From IMG/VR virus record IMGVR_UViG_3300021364_000006: a DNA stretch of 64,000 bases. One strand, written 5' to 3'. This document shows, in pieces, positions 1 through 8,268 of this stretch. The stretch's first letter is position 1, and each line of letters starts with the position of its first letter. The translations under genes were made by a program, and so were the position numbers. Source of the stretch: a virus. The notes under the pieces are model-generated. The model was not told the origin of the DNA and did not search any database. It saw only the letters and a list, made by a program, of their open reading frames with translations.

Positions 1-582
1 ATACAATTCACAGTTCCAACCAGTGATGATGTCAGGAGTATTTTCCATCCACCAGTTGATGAAATCATTCAACAGATCATATTCATTATTGAACTGCTTG
101 TAATAGTGGTTGCCTTGCTTGAGTTTAAATGGACCCTTACCCCAAGTAGTAATTTCTTTGGTGGTATAGTCCTGAATAGTAATCAGTAGAATCTCTTCAG
201 CAGCTGACTCTACATCTGGGAATCCATTCTCAGATGCAACCTCAATATCAATGGTAATCAGATTGATCTTTGAGATATCAAATTCAATGTGGTCAGCATT
301 ATACTTGTCGGAAATATATTGATAAATGAAACGTTCATTTCCGTAGATATTAAAATCCTCTACACCTTCATACTTTTTGATGAAGTCACGACATTCACGA
401 ACTGTTCCTGGTTGAATTGCTTCAACATAATTGCCCTCAAGAGTTTTATATTTCGTCCTCTTATTTGAAGACACAAAAAGAGTCGGTTGAAATTTCTCCC
501 GAGTCTGGAAACGTTCTCCGTTTTCATAACCTCGGACGAGAAATTGATCCCCGACCATTTGGACATTAGTGTAGAATCTCAT
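1..582 (-). CDS. gp43: DNA polymerase B family, N-terminal part (continues past the window start)
   Basis: Manual translation from the ATG at 582: MRFYTNVQMVGDQFLVRGYENG... leading to the exonuclease I motif ITIDIEVASENGFPD. Position after regA/hsp20 fits. Absent from the ORF track because it is truncated. Confidence 0.93.
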   Translation of the reverse strand, partial: MRFYTNVQMVGDQFLVRGYENGERFQTREKFQPTLFVSSNKRTKYKTLEGNYVEAIQPGTVRECRDFIKKYEGVEDFNIYGNERFIYQYISDKYNADHIEFDISKINLITIDIEVASENGFPDVESAAEEILLITIQDYTTKEITTWGKGPFKLKQGNHYYKQFNNEYDLLNDFINWWMENTPDIITGWNCELY

Positions 583-869
583 TCGGTAATAAAGTCTTTG
601 TATGCCTTGACCAGTTTTTCATGTGGTTCAACAATAGTCAGTATATCATCAGAATGCATCAAAAGGGTCTTTTGTTCTGTGATATCTGGCCAACGAACCA
701 GTCTCTTGTTAATGTCTGGTTCTTCATCTTTGCAAAGGATACGAACTGGATCTGTCAGTTCAGTATCCGCTTCTCCAGAAAGTGGTTCAACGTCAAATTG
801 ACTGACTTTCGCTATCAGAACTAGATCCAAGTTCTTCAGTAAGAGGCACAGGACCTGATTCTTTTTCAT
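579..869 (-). CDS. conserved hypothetical protein (Sm-like fold suspected)
   Basis: ORF 579..878, likely start MKKNQV at 869. Stop overlaps the gp43 start. LLLK..L.LIA / L.DP / WP pattern resembles the neighbouring ORF. Confidence 0.6.
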   Translation of the reverse strand: MKKNQVLCLLLKNLDLVLIAKVSQFDVEPLSGEADTELTDPVRILCKDEEPDINKRLVRWPDITEQKTLLMHSDDILTIVEPHEKLVKAYKDFITE

Positions 870-1218
870 TTCCGTCATTGGTATACTCGTAATTGTTGTA
901 CATTTCAGCTAGTTGTGGAATAGGATCTACCAAAGTAACAACCCATTCTGGTGAAAGATAAATTACATTTTCATCACAGAATCTTGGCCACCTAGTCATT
1001 GATAGTTCGACCTCTTCTTCATCATCATCTAGACTACCAACTTGAACATCTTCTTCACCTTCAAGAAGAAAATCATCATAATCATCTTCCTGTTCTTCGA
1101 TTTTCATTGGATTGGTAAGAAGGTATGAATATACTTTCTTACCATCTTCATCCTTTACACTCTTTACCTCAGAGACAAGTTGATCTCCATTCTTCAATAG
1201 TAAAAGTTTTAGACTCAT
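793..1218 (-). CDS. conserved hypothetical protein (Sm-like fold suspected)
   Basis: MSLKLLLLKNGDQLVSEV...LTNP...WP...WVVTLVDP pattern; preceded by a sigma70-like promoter and RBS (GAGG). Confidence 0.7.
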   Translation of the reverse strand: MSLKLLLLKNGDQLVSEVKSVKDEDGKKVYSYLLTNPMKIEEQEDDYDDFLLEGEEDVQVGSLDDDEEEVELSMTRWPRFCDENVIYLSPEWVVTLVDPIPQLAEMYNNYEYTNDGNEKESGPVPLTEELGSSSDSESQSI

Positions 1219-1239
1219 AACTCGGTTTTACCTCTCTTT

Positions 1240-1268
1240 ATTTTATCAGAAAAAAATGGGGGTGTCAA
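1240..1268 (-). promoter_or_regulatory. sigma70-type promoter TTGACA-N17-TAAAAT for the genes leading into gp43
   Basis: -35 at 1263-1268, -10 at 1240-1245, exact 17-nt spacer; embedded in the hsp20 terminator. Confidence 0.75.
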
Positions 1269-1292
1269 CTGGTTTTTGCCAGTCTCCCCCAT
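1250..1292 (-). terminator. intrinsic terminator after hsp20
   Basis: ATGGGGG-ag-ACTGG-caaaaa-CCAGT-tgaca-CCCCCAT followed by a T run. Confidence 0.7.
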
Positions 1293-1315
1293 GCGGCGAC
1301 GATATTCAATTATAT

Positions 1316-1747
1316 TTAGAACCAATCTTTTCGCTTATGCGCTTCTGGCACCACTTTACCAAGTGTGATGCTCAGTAGCCCATCCTCAAAAGTAACTGAT
1401 CTAACTTCCGTTTCATCTGATAGTGTCCAAGCTCTGGTGAAAGATCTCTTAGCCACTCCTCTATGGACATATTCTGTTTCTGTTTCTTCGTCCTCTTTTT
1501 GCCCTTCGACAAAGAGTTTACCGTCTTGCGTGTAGACATTTACTTGTTTCTTTTTAAATCCAGCTAGTGCTAGTTCCAGTCTAGATTCGACGTTGCTGAC
1601 TGTAACTAGGTTGTATGGTGGATAGTTTGATGTCGTTTCGTGCAGTGTAAACAGACGATCAAAGTATTCATCCATACCAATACTGTTTCTATTTATGCGG
1701 TCGAACAGTTGATTTACGTTCGCAGCATTGTACTTCATTAAGTCCAT
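1316..1747 (-). CDS. hsp20: small heat-shock protein Hsp20 (IbpA-like)
   Basis: NYPPYN, LELALAGF, YVHRGVAKRSF, DGLLSI.L alpha-crystallin motifs. Confidence 0.95.
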   Translation of the reverse strand: MDLMKYNAANVNQLFDRINRNSIGMDEYFDRLFTLHETTSNYPPYNLVTVSNVESRLELALAGFKKKQVNVYTQDGKLFVEGQKEDEETETEYVHRGVAKRSFTRAWTLSDETEVRSVTFEDGLLSITLGKVVPEAHKRKDWF

Positions 1748-1755
1748 TTGTACTT

Positions 1756-1802
1756 CTCCTTGAAAAGCGAGTTTAGATTGTGTGGACCCCGAAGGCGTCC
1801 AC
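1756..1802 (-). promoter_or_regulatory. hsp20 5' UTR: UUCG hairpin plus SD-sequestering ROSE-like hairpin
   Basis: GTGGAC(G)CC-TTCG-GGGTCCAC (1782-1802), then CTC(G)CTT-TTC-AAGGAG (1756-1771), 8 nt before the ATG. Confidence 0.6.
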
Positions 1803-1805
1803 TAC

Positions 1806-1813
1806 TATTTAAT
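1806..1813 (-). promoter_or_regulatory. late (gp55-type) promoter ATTAAATA for hsp20
   Basis: Variant of TATAAATA just upstream of the 5' UTR hairpin. Confidence 0.5.
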
Positions 1814-1822
1814 CATAACATG

Positions 1823-1856
1823 AAAAAAAGAGATACGGTAAAAACCGTACCTCTTT
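1823..1856 (-). terminator. intrinsic terminator between regA and hsp20
   Basis: AAAGAGGTACGGT-TTTT-ACCGTATCTCTTT followed by more Ts. Confidence 0.8.
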
Positions 1857-1900
1857 ATAGGGTGTTCCGAATGTAGAGTGTGCCGCACGAAAAGCACGAA
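1823..1900 (-). ncRNA. candidate small RNA between regA and hsp20
   Basis: Late promoter AATAAATA at 1903-1910, a foldable non-coding body, and a terminator at 1823-1856. Confidence 0.4.
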
Positions 1901-1905
1901 ACTAT

Positions 1906-2343
1906 TTATTCGGTTTCCTGCACCTTTCTACGCTTACCAATGTTATATTTGGTTTCAAGTTCCCAGTCATTCTTTTCTTTAAATGCTAGAACTTTGATTT
2001 GATTCAAAGGTGCAATGTTTAAAATCTTATCCACGTCATTGATTGTGATAAGACCCCAGTCAGCAAGAAGTTGCACAATGCGATTACGCCTTTGAACATC
2101 ATTTACGGTAAGATTTGCTTTCTTACCATCTAGAGCAAAGAGCTCTTTGAAGTGTACAATATAATACTTACCCTGCTTATGCAGAATATGGCAAGATTGA
2201 TATAGTTTCTTCTCTTTTCTAGAAGCAACACCAATACGTGTCAAAGTTTCACGAACCTTAAGAAAATCATCTGGTTCATTCAAAGTAATTTGAACCATCT
2301 GATCAGGTGCCCAAGTTACTTCAGGTTCATTCACGACGCTCAT
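1906..2343 (-). CDS. regA: translational repressor RegA
   Basis: PDDFLKVRETLTRIGVAS, LYQSCHILHKQGKYYIVHFKELF. Confidence 0.97.
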   Translation of the reverse strand: MSVVNEPEVTWAPDQMVQITLNEPDDFLKVRETLTRIGVASRKEKKLYQSCHILHKQGKYYIVHFKELFALDGKKANLTVNDVQRRNRIVQLLADWGLITINDVDKILNIAPLNQIKVLAFKEKNDWELETKYNIGKRRKVQETE

Positions 2344-2720
2344 CTTTTTCCTCCAGTCTCAAGTTTGGATTTGATAAAATCTATCTGTGGTTTAGTTAGA
2401 ATCTTCAAAGCCTGGAGTGCTTTTTCATTACTATAACCATAGTAAGATTTGACACATTCAAGATCTTTGACATTTTCTTTACGAAGCCAAGGAGAAAATC
2501 TCTTTCGCTTTCTCAGACTATTTAGAAGAAAGTCATACTGCAACTTCTTTGGTAGGAAATGGGATTTATTCATCTCATTTGCATACATCAAAGAATCAAT
2601 TTCACCAGACAAGCATTTGTTGACAATAAAGGGTGGGTATTGTTTAACGATATCGGGGTTCTCTTTAATAAGGTCTTCCTTATTAAAGTTTATCGAGTTC
2701 AACCAATCTTTAAGTTCCAT
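2340..2720 (-). CDS. gp62: clamp loader small subunit
   Basis: YPPFIVNKCLS, ANEMN, QYDFLLN, YYGYSNEKA; position before regA. Confidence 0.93.
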   Translation of the reverse strand: MELKDWLNSINFNKEDLIKENPDIVKQYPPFIVNKCLSGEIDSLMYANEMNKSHFLPKKLQYDFLLNSLRKRKRFSPWLRKENVKDLECVKSYYGYSNEKALQALKILTKPQIDFIKSKLETGGKR

Positions 2721-2722
2721 AA

Positions 2723-2863
2723 TTAAAATTTCGCAGTAACAGATACAATTGTTGCTCCAGGATTTCTTGCTAAAGCAACTCTCTTTGCATCTTCATAATC
2801 ACGGGCAATGACTTCTTCTTTGAAGACAGTGCCAACCTTGAACAAAGTAACTTCACATTTCAT
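2723..2863 (-). CDS. small hypothetical protein (46 aa)
   Basis: Manual translation MKCEVTLFKVGTVFKEEVIARDYEDAKRVALARNPGATIVSVTAKF*. ATGA overlap with the upstream gene; fills the gap exactly. Confidence 0.75.
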   Translation of the reverse strand: MKCEVTLFKVGTVFKEEVIARDYEDAKRVALARNPGATIVSVTAKF

Positions 2864-3507
2864 TTTTTATTCCTGATAGCAAGGAAGACATTTCCAGAGA
2901 TAGAAACTCTGAAATCATCACTACTGTAAAATGGATAAACTTGATGCATCATTTGTGCTGGAAAGAATATCATCCTCCATTCATAAGAATTATCAACTGG
3001 AATAGTTTGACTTTGTAAAGCACCAAAAGGTTCAATCGTGGTAAATTCAAATAAAGAATTTACACTACCATCGACTTTATCAGAATAAACTTTCATTTCT
3101 TCATCTAAATCATATGGAATTTTAACCCAAATAACAAAACTATAAACTCCAGTATGTTTATGAATTGGATTGAAATCATGTTTTTTTGAAAAATTTACCC
3201 AAACTGAGGAAAGATTGAATTCATGATCTTCATCACCATTGACAAAAACCTTGAATGGATTTACTTCAAAAATTTTCCCATACTCCTCAGCCAAAGACTC
3301 AGTAAGATATTTCAAATTTGGTGTTATTGGAAGTTGACATTCTCTTTCATTATGTCCAACCAATGTCAAACAAAAAGGATCTATTTCACTACGAAGATTA
3401 TCAAGAGTTTGTATTAGTTCTTGACGCACTTGATCAGGAACTTTACATTCCAAATATCCAGGACCTGCAATCTGTTTCGATTGATAATCAAAGTTAAAAT
3501 CAGTCAT
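2860..3507 (-). CDS. 2OG-Fe(II) oxygenase-like protein (HxH type)
   Basis: WVNF...NPIHKH.GVYSFVIW...FFPA...HQVYPF...RVSISGN double-stranded beta-helix signature. Confidence 0.8.
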   Translation of the reverse strand: MTDFNFDYQSKQIAGPGYLECKVPDQVRQELIQTLDNLRSEIDPFCLTLVGHNERECQLPITPNLKYLTESLAEEYGKIFEVNPFKVFVNGDEDHEFNLSSVWVNFSKKHDFNPIHKHTGVYSFVIWVKIPYDLDEEMKVYSDKVDGSVNSLFEFTTIEPFGALQSQTIPVDNSYEWRMIFFPAQMMHQVYPFYSSDDFRVSISGNVFLAIRNKK

Positions 3508-4628
3508 CGAATAATCTGAATGTTGTCGGTTTCAGTCCAGAGTTCAATCTCCTTTCGGAATCGACCTTCGGACTTAAGTTTTTCATAACGCTTTCCAGCC
3601 TTCTTCTTCCACCACTTGATGATATTATCAAGTTCATGCTTGTCCCAATTCTGACCACGACGTAACTCAGATTGTTCGCCAGAGAGAACTTCGCGAACAT
3701 TCTCATAACCATAGTCAGATGTATAGAAACGCTTCTTCTCAGTAAGTGAAAATGCTTTCGCAATCACACTATTGAACTGGGATAGTTTCTCTGCATCATC
3801 AAGAGAATTCTTAATGATCGAAATCATCTTTGTCTGTCGCTTCATCTTTTTTGACGAAGCTTTATTATCAGTAAGAGGATTGCCCCCATTGAGATAAGTG
3901 AAGCGATCGTGCAATCTGTGGAATTGAGCGTCATGAAGCAATGGTGTAAATTTGCTTTCAGTTAGACCACGATACCTAATAAAAGGTTTCAGACCATCGT
4001 ATTGTGATGCTGACGTGGTAGAACCGTATAGAGATGTAGTTTCAAATAGAGCAATATCTTTCTCAAATTTTTCACTGATAAACTCCCTGGCAAAGTGAGA
4101 GCAGCACATAAGTGCAAGCAACTTACCACCCAAAAAGTTATATCCAAAGGGTTGAGTCGGAACAATCACAAAACCCATACAGGCATGGCGATTAAACAGA
4201 CTGAGATTTGGTGCCTTTCCAAGCCATAGATTCCTAGGTTTGGAGTTGATTGTTGGAGATCCTAGACGAATAAATCCAACAACAGTATTAGTCGTGGTCT
4301 CTTTTACAATCCACTTGTGTTCTCTTCCAGGAATGTTTGATTCATTGTTGTGAGAAGAGACGGATGCAAGTAAATTTTTGTAGTATTTTTGATCGAGACC
4401 ACCCTTACCAACAGGAATCATAGAGAATTCCATGTCTTCTGGATGAATATCAAAGTTGAAGATATCCTCAGAGAATGATGACACGGAAGACATACCATCA
4501 AGCACTTCTTTCTTCACATAGCGAAGATAGTCCTCAATACCATTGAGGTTTTCAAAGTAAGAGATGAATTCATCTGCAGCCCAAACTGCATCATCATTGG
4601 ATACCGTCTTAATCATGTGCTCAAACAA
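3504..4628 (-). CDS. DUF4338 / DruA-like protein
   Basis: GFIRLGSP, VPTQPFGYNFLGGKLLAL and ETTSLYG..SQY motifs, which I recall as DUF4338 hallmarks. Confidence 0.65.
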   Translation of the reverse strand: MFEHMIKTVSNDDAVWAADEFISYFENLNGIEDYLRYVKKEVLDGMSSVSSFSEDIFNFDIHPEDMEFSMIPVGKGGLDQKYYKNLLASVSSHNNESNIPGREHKWIVKETTTNTVVGFIRLGSPTINSKPRNLWLGKAPNLSLFNRHACMGFVIVPTQPFGYNFLGGKLLALMCCSHFAREFISEKFEKDIALFETTSLYGSTTSASQYDGLKPFIRYRGLTESKFTPLLHDAQFHRLHDRFTYLNGGNPLTDNKASSKKMKRQTKMISIIKNSLDDAEKLSQFNSVIAKAFSLTEKKRFYTSDYGYENVREVLSGEQSELRRGQNWDKHELDNIIKWWKKKAGKRYEKLKSEGRFRKEIELWTETDNIQIIR

Positions 4629-4908
4629 TCAATTTTTTACTAGGTGTTTTCAAGACAGAAAACATTTCCTCATATTGCTCAACTATTTGTTCTTGAGCTT
4701 CTGCAATGTATACCACGTATTTTTTGGTAACACTGATTTCTTCACCTTTGCCTTTGAGAATGGGAGACCAAGGGGCAAATCCCATCTGACCATTCCCTGC
4801 AGGAATAGCAACGATAGGATTGGTGATGCTGATGTTGTCCTCATTTTCATCAAGTAGGTCTGCGACAACATCTTCGCCAGACCACATACGGATCAATTTT
4901 ACATTCAT
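4621..4908 (-). CDS. conserved hypothetical protein (Sm-like)
   Basis: VKLIRMWSGEDVVA...NP...GFAPW pattern; translationally coupled to gp44. Confidence 0.7.
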   Translation of the reverse strand: MNVKLIRMWSGEDVVADLLDENEDNISITNPIVAIPAGNGQMGFAPWSPILKGKGEEISVTKKYVVYIAEAQEQIVEQYEEMFSVLKTPSKKLIV

Positions 4909-5846
4909 TTGAATTCACACTCCACCATAACTTCTGTTAGTGCTGCTAATAAGTTAATCTCCTGGTCGGCAACGAAGGCAATCTGATACTGATACTTGGC
5001 GATGATCAGGACTGCAGCCGCCACAGAAGGACCCTCTAAGCGTTCGTAGAGGGCGTCATAGACGTTTCGGAGGATTACCCCAGGATCGTTGTCCAAGTTG
5101 TTCACGACCCATTTACGGACCTCTTTGAAGTTCTTCGACTGAAGAGACCTCATCAGACCTTCAATGTTGACATCAGAGAAAGTTGCAAGGATACCAGAAT
5201 CAATTTTACCACTGACAGCGTATCTTTGCAATTCATTCAAGACACGTCTCCAATCAGGAAAGTGTTTGTTGATCAACTCTGCAAGGACTTTCGGATCGTA
5301 GTCAATATTCTCTGAATCCAAGATTTGTTGAGCTCTTCCGAAGAAACTACTCGCGAGTTTTGGTTTAGACTTCGCTGGAGTTGAGAATTCAACGACGGCG
5401 CATCGAGAATGGAGGGGCTCGATGATTCGGTTTTTGTAGTTGCAGGTGAAGATGAATCGGCAGTTGTTATAAAATGCCTCAATATTCGCCCGTAGGAGGA
5501 GTTGTACGTCGTGGGTTGTGTTGTCAGCTTCGTCAATAATGATGACTTTTGGTTTACCATTGCCTTGAAGTGATACGGTCGAAGCAAAGTTCTTTGCCTG
5601 GTTCCTAACTGTGTCCAGAAATCGTCCTTCATCGGATCCATTGATGACATAATAGTCTACTCCCAATTCGTGACATAACGCTTTCGCCACTGTGGTTTTA
5701 CCACAACCAGCAGGTCCCGCCAACAAAAGATTAGGAACCTCTCCTTTATCTAGGAAATCTTGGAAGGTCTGCTTAATATTGTCAGGAAGTATACACTCTT
5801 CAATAGTCTTGGGACGATACTTTTCAACCCAAAGAAATTCATTCAT
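4905..5846 (-). CDS. gp44: clamp loader large subunit (AAA+)
   Basis: LWVEKYRP, Walker A GPAGCGKTT, Walker B IIIDEAD, LHSRC. Start moved to MNEFLW at 5846. Confidence 0.96.
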   Translation of the reverse strand: MNEFLWVEKYRPKTIEECILPDNIKQTFQDFLDKGEVPNLLLAGPAGCGKTTVAKALCHELGVDYYVINGSDEGRFLDTVRNQAKNFASTVSLQGNGKPKVIIIDEADNTTHDVQLLLRANIEAFYNNCRFIFTCNYKNRIIEPLHSRCAVVEFSTPAKSKPKLASSFFGRAQQILDSENIDYDPKVLAELINKHFPDWRRVLNELQRYAVSGKIDSGILATFSDVNIEGLMRSLQSKNFKEVRKWVVNNLDNDPGVILRNVYDALYERLEGPSVAAAVLIIAKYQYQIAFVADQEINLLAALTEVMVECEFK

Positions 5847-6411
5847 AATAAGATTTGATTCGAGGAACATCAAGTGAAAAATCGAAAGACATATTACAAC
5901 TGATAATTGTCTTTCTAGTTGAGGATTTGATCTTAGGTGATTTGTGTGGGATATACGAGTCAAACACTATTATATCACCTTCTTGCACTTCTGGTTGGTA
6001 GAGCTCCCTCTTTTCTGCATCAAAAAACTGAGTTGCATACTTGGGATCAGTTAGTTCCAAGTAATACACATAAGACAGATTTGATGATTGATGAATATGC
6101 CAACCGTGACTATCACCATTCACATATTGTTGATACCAAGCATGACCAACAGTAAATGTTTCAAAAAAATATTTTTCCTTTAGGTGATCATAAAATCCAC
6201 CCAGGTGATCATCAAACAACCAGAAGTATGGAGCCTTATGCTCCCTCTTTAACCCAATAAAAAAATCTGTACTTGAGATAGTGCTTGCATCATATTCACC
6301 ACTATCATCTACATGTTCAGATTCTGCATTTGCAATTTTTTCTAAGAGAGTATCTTTGAGTTCTGAGTGTTTTTCAAAGGAGTATTTGAATACTCTATCT
6401 CTTAAATCCAT
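5839..6411 (-). CDS. 2OG-Fe(II) oxygenase-like protein (HxH type)
   Basis: WYQQY..GDSHGWHIH, SYVYYL, EGDIIVFDSYIPH.SP, K.IISCN. Confidence 0.78.
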   Translation of the reverse strand: MDLRDRVFKYSFEKHSELKDTLLEKIANAESEHVDDSGEYDASTISSTDFFIGLKREHKAPYFWLFDDHLGGFYDHLKEKYFFETFTVGHAWYQQYVNGDSHGWHIHQSSNLSYVYYLELTDPKYATQFFDAEKRELYQPEVQEGDIIVFDSYIPHKSPKIKSSTRKTIISCNMSFDFSLDVPRIKSYYE

Positions 6412-6929
6412 TCTGGTCTCCTATCTGGTATACGAAGATAATTGTCTTTCACCCAAGGTTTAGATGCAATATACATCTTATACTTTTCGTAAATGTCAAC
6501 ACCTGTATCATATTTAAACTCATCAGGGCCAGCAAAAACAAATGGTGTAGGACCCTTCCCAGAGCGCCCTGTAGGGTCTCCTGTGGGGAGTATTTCCTTT
6601 GCCGCCATCAGAGTACGAAAGCATGTGTGAACCTTCCCATACCTCATCTTGTACTCATCACAGAGAGCGATGCCATGTGAAAGCAACCACTGCCAGTTCA
6701 TTACAAACTCATTTGCCCAAATGGTACAGGGATGATTGCGAAAAGCACCCTTCTCAGTAGCATAGGGAGTCCCATCTGCTCTAGGAAGAGTGCCAAAATC
6801 ATGACCCCATTTTTTTGAACATACAATTGCTAGCATCTGACAAGTCTCTAGCGGCATCTTGACGATATGCTTGTCAGGAAGAACTTGAGCTGACTTCCAA
6901 GGATCGGGATCTGTTACAAAGATGTTCAT
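6402..6929 (-). CDS. pyrimidine-dimer DNA glycosylase (DenV/endonuclease V-like family)
   Basis: MNIF...DKHIVKMPLETCQML...NHPCTIW...EY..RYGKVH pattern. Confidence 0.75.
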   Translation of the reverse strand: MNIFVTDPDPWKSAQVLPDKHIVKMPLETCQMLAIVCSKKWGHDFGTLPRADGTPYATEKGAFRNHPCTIWANEFVMNWQWLLSHGIALCDEYKMRYGKVHTCFRTLMAAKEILPTGDPTGRSGKGPTPFVFAGPDEFKYDTGVDIYEKYKMYIASKPWVKDNYLRIPDRRPEWI

Positions 6930-7083
6930 TGTCGTTCCAATGGCGGATTACTCCGCTGATGATAAAAAGATTGGTGACTAGGTAGGAAAGGAGAATAAGT
7001 GTTCGTATGAGAGCAATGACGTTTGCCTCAGCGTCAGTCCTACCCTCCTTTCTACCTAGAGCATAGCTCCAGAGTCTCCACAT
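6874..7083 (-). CDS. small membrane protein
   Basis: MWRLWSYALG.K.G..D.EA followed by a hydrophobic helix ending GVIRHW. Confidence 0.65.
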   Translation of the reverse strand: MWRLWSYALGRKEGRTDAEANVIALIRTLILLSYLVTNLFIISGVIRHWNDNEHLCNRSRSLEVSSSSS

Positions 7084-7757
7084 CAGTCATTATACACGGA
7101 ATCTGGTTCTAGTGCAATGAAGTAGTCTAGGGCCTGTGACTCAACAGTATTGGTAAACTTTGAGAGACACTTGCTAGAGATGGTGACTGTGTAGTTACCA
7201 GGGAGAATCTTGATATTCTCAACTTTGAAATTGAAACTGAACTGCTTGTCAGTTTCACCAACTACGATTGAGTGATCATTTGAAGTGTCGTTCTTCTTAT
7301 CGCGAACGGAAAGACGAATGACACCAGCATCACCAATGACAGCAAGATCAGGAAGATCCAGAGTATTTGCTGCTTGTAGAAGTTGATTCAGATGACCCTG
7401 ATTGATTTGAAAAGTAATATCTTCACTGGGAAGAGTGAGTTGCTTTTCTGGTGGAGATACAATCACATTAGGATCGGCAAAGAAATAACGTGAACGATTA
7501 CGTCCTTCTCGGATAGTGACATAATTATCTTCACTGAAATCAAGCTCAGGATCTTGATGTAGACGAAGAACTTTTAGAAACTGAGGAAGATCGTAGATAG
7601 CAAAGTCCTTTGGGAACTCTTCTTCAATCTTTGCTTCAGCAAGAATGTTCTTCATAACTGAAATAGTACGAAGTTTATCACCCTTTTTAACCAGGATAGA
7701 CTGGTTAATATCAGAGTAATTGTTCAAGATAGCAACAGTTTGCTTAGAAAGTTTCAT
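7083..7757 (-). CDS. gp45: sliding clamp
   Basis: MKLSKQT..IL.NYS.INQSI, FAIYDLPQFL, C-terminal YFIALE. Confidence 0.95.
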   Translation of the reverse strand: MKLSKQTVAILNNYSDINQSILVKKGDKLRTISVMKNILAEAKIEEEFPKDFAIYDLPQFLKVLRLHQDPELDFSEDNYVTIREGRNRSRYFFADPNVIVSPPEKQLTLPSEDITFQINQGHLNQLLQAANTLDLPDLAVIGDAGVIRLSVRDKKNDTSNDHSIVVGETDKQFSFNFKVENIKILPGNYTVTISSKCLSKFTNTVESQALDYFIALEPDSVYND

Positions 7758-8265
7758 AATTATTGGAAGGAGGGGTGTGAAGTCCTGAGAAGTGATAGAG
7801 AAGGATACAATAATGGATTGCCTTCAAAATGTCAAGTTTGGATTTACCATTCTTCTTTCCAAAGCGGGAAAGATATTTGATTGCATTTGATCTGCAGAAA
7901 GGTTCTGCATCACCAATACTTTCAATCAAATCAAGAGTCTGAGTTTTAGATTCTTGAGATGTATAGTGTGACTTATAAGTACCAGAGAGATAGTCACGAA
8001 TCTCTTTCATAGTAAGATCTTCTTCATACTTCCAAAAACCATTTTTAGAAGTGGATTCAAGATTTAGATCGATTTGATTTTCATTAGTCATAGCGTTCAG
8101 TTTTGCTTCTGCTGTCCACCCATCATCAAAAGCAGATGGAAGCCCACCAGGAGACATCAACTGATCATAAGTGTCTTGTGCAATTTTGTCGAGTGGATCA
8201 TCACTCAAAATAATACGATCTTCTTCATTCATTTCTTCGTAAAGTAAACTCCAAGAGTTGGTCAC
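7744..8265 (-). CDS. DUF3310-like protein with acidic N-terminal extension
   Basis: HY...QTLDLIE...FC.SNAIKYLSRFGKKNG...DILKAIHY motif. Confidence 0.7.
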   Translation of the reverse strand: MTNSWSLLYEEMNEEDRIILSDDPLDKIAQDTYDQLMSPGGLPSAFDDGWTAEAKLNAMTNENQIDLNLESTSKNGFWKYEEDLTMKEIRDYLSGTYKSHYTSQESKTQTLDLIESIGDAEPFCRSNAIKYLSRFGKKNGKSKLDILKAIHYCILLYHFSGLHTPPSNNYETF

Positions 8266-8268
8266 ATT

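Noticed and set aside
793-878. Long overlap of two ORFs as a programmed frameshift or pseudogene
   Set aside because: No clear slippery heptamer; each ORF looks like a complete small domain with its own start.
3504-4628. A complete Druantia defence system
   Set aside because: Only a DruA-like gene is present; no DruE helicase or other partners. The one helicase in the window is ordinary UvsW.
5847-5963. N-terminal extensions given by the ORF track for gp44 (also gp55, the VWA gene, and 30806..31243)
   Set aside because: They overlap upstream genes or promoters; family-typical starts lie downstream.
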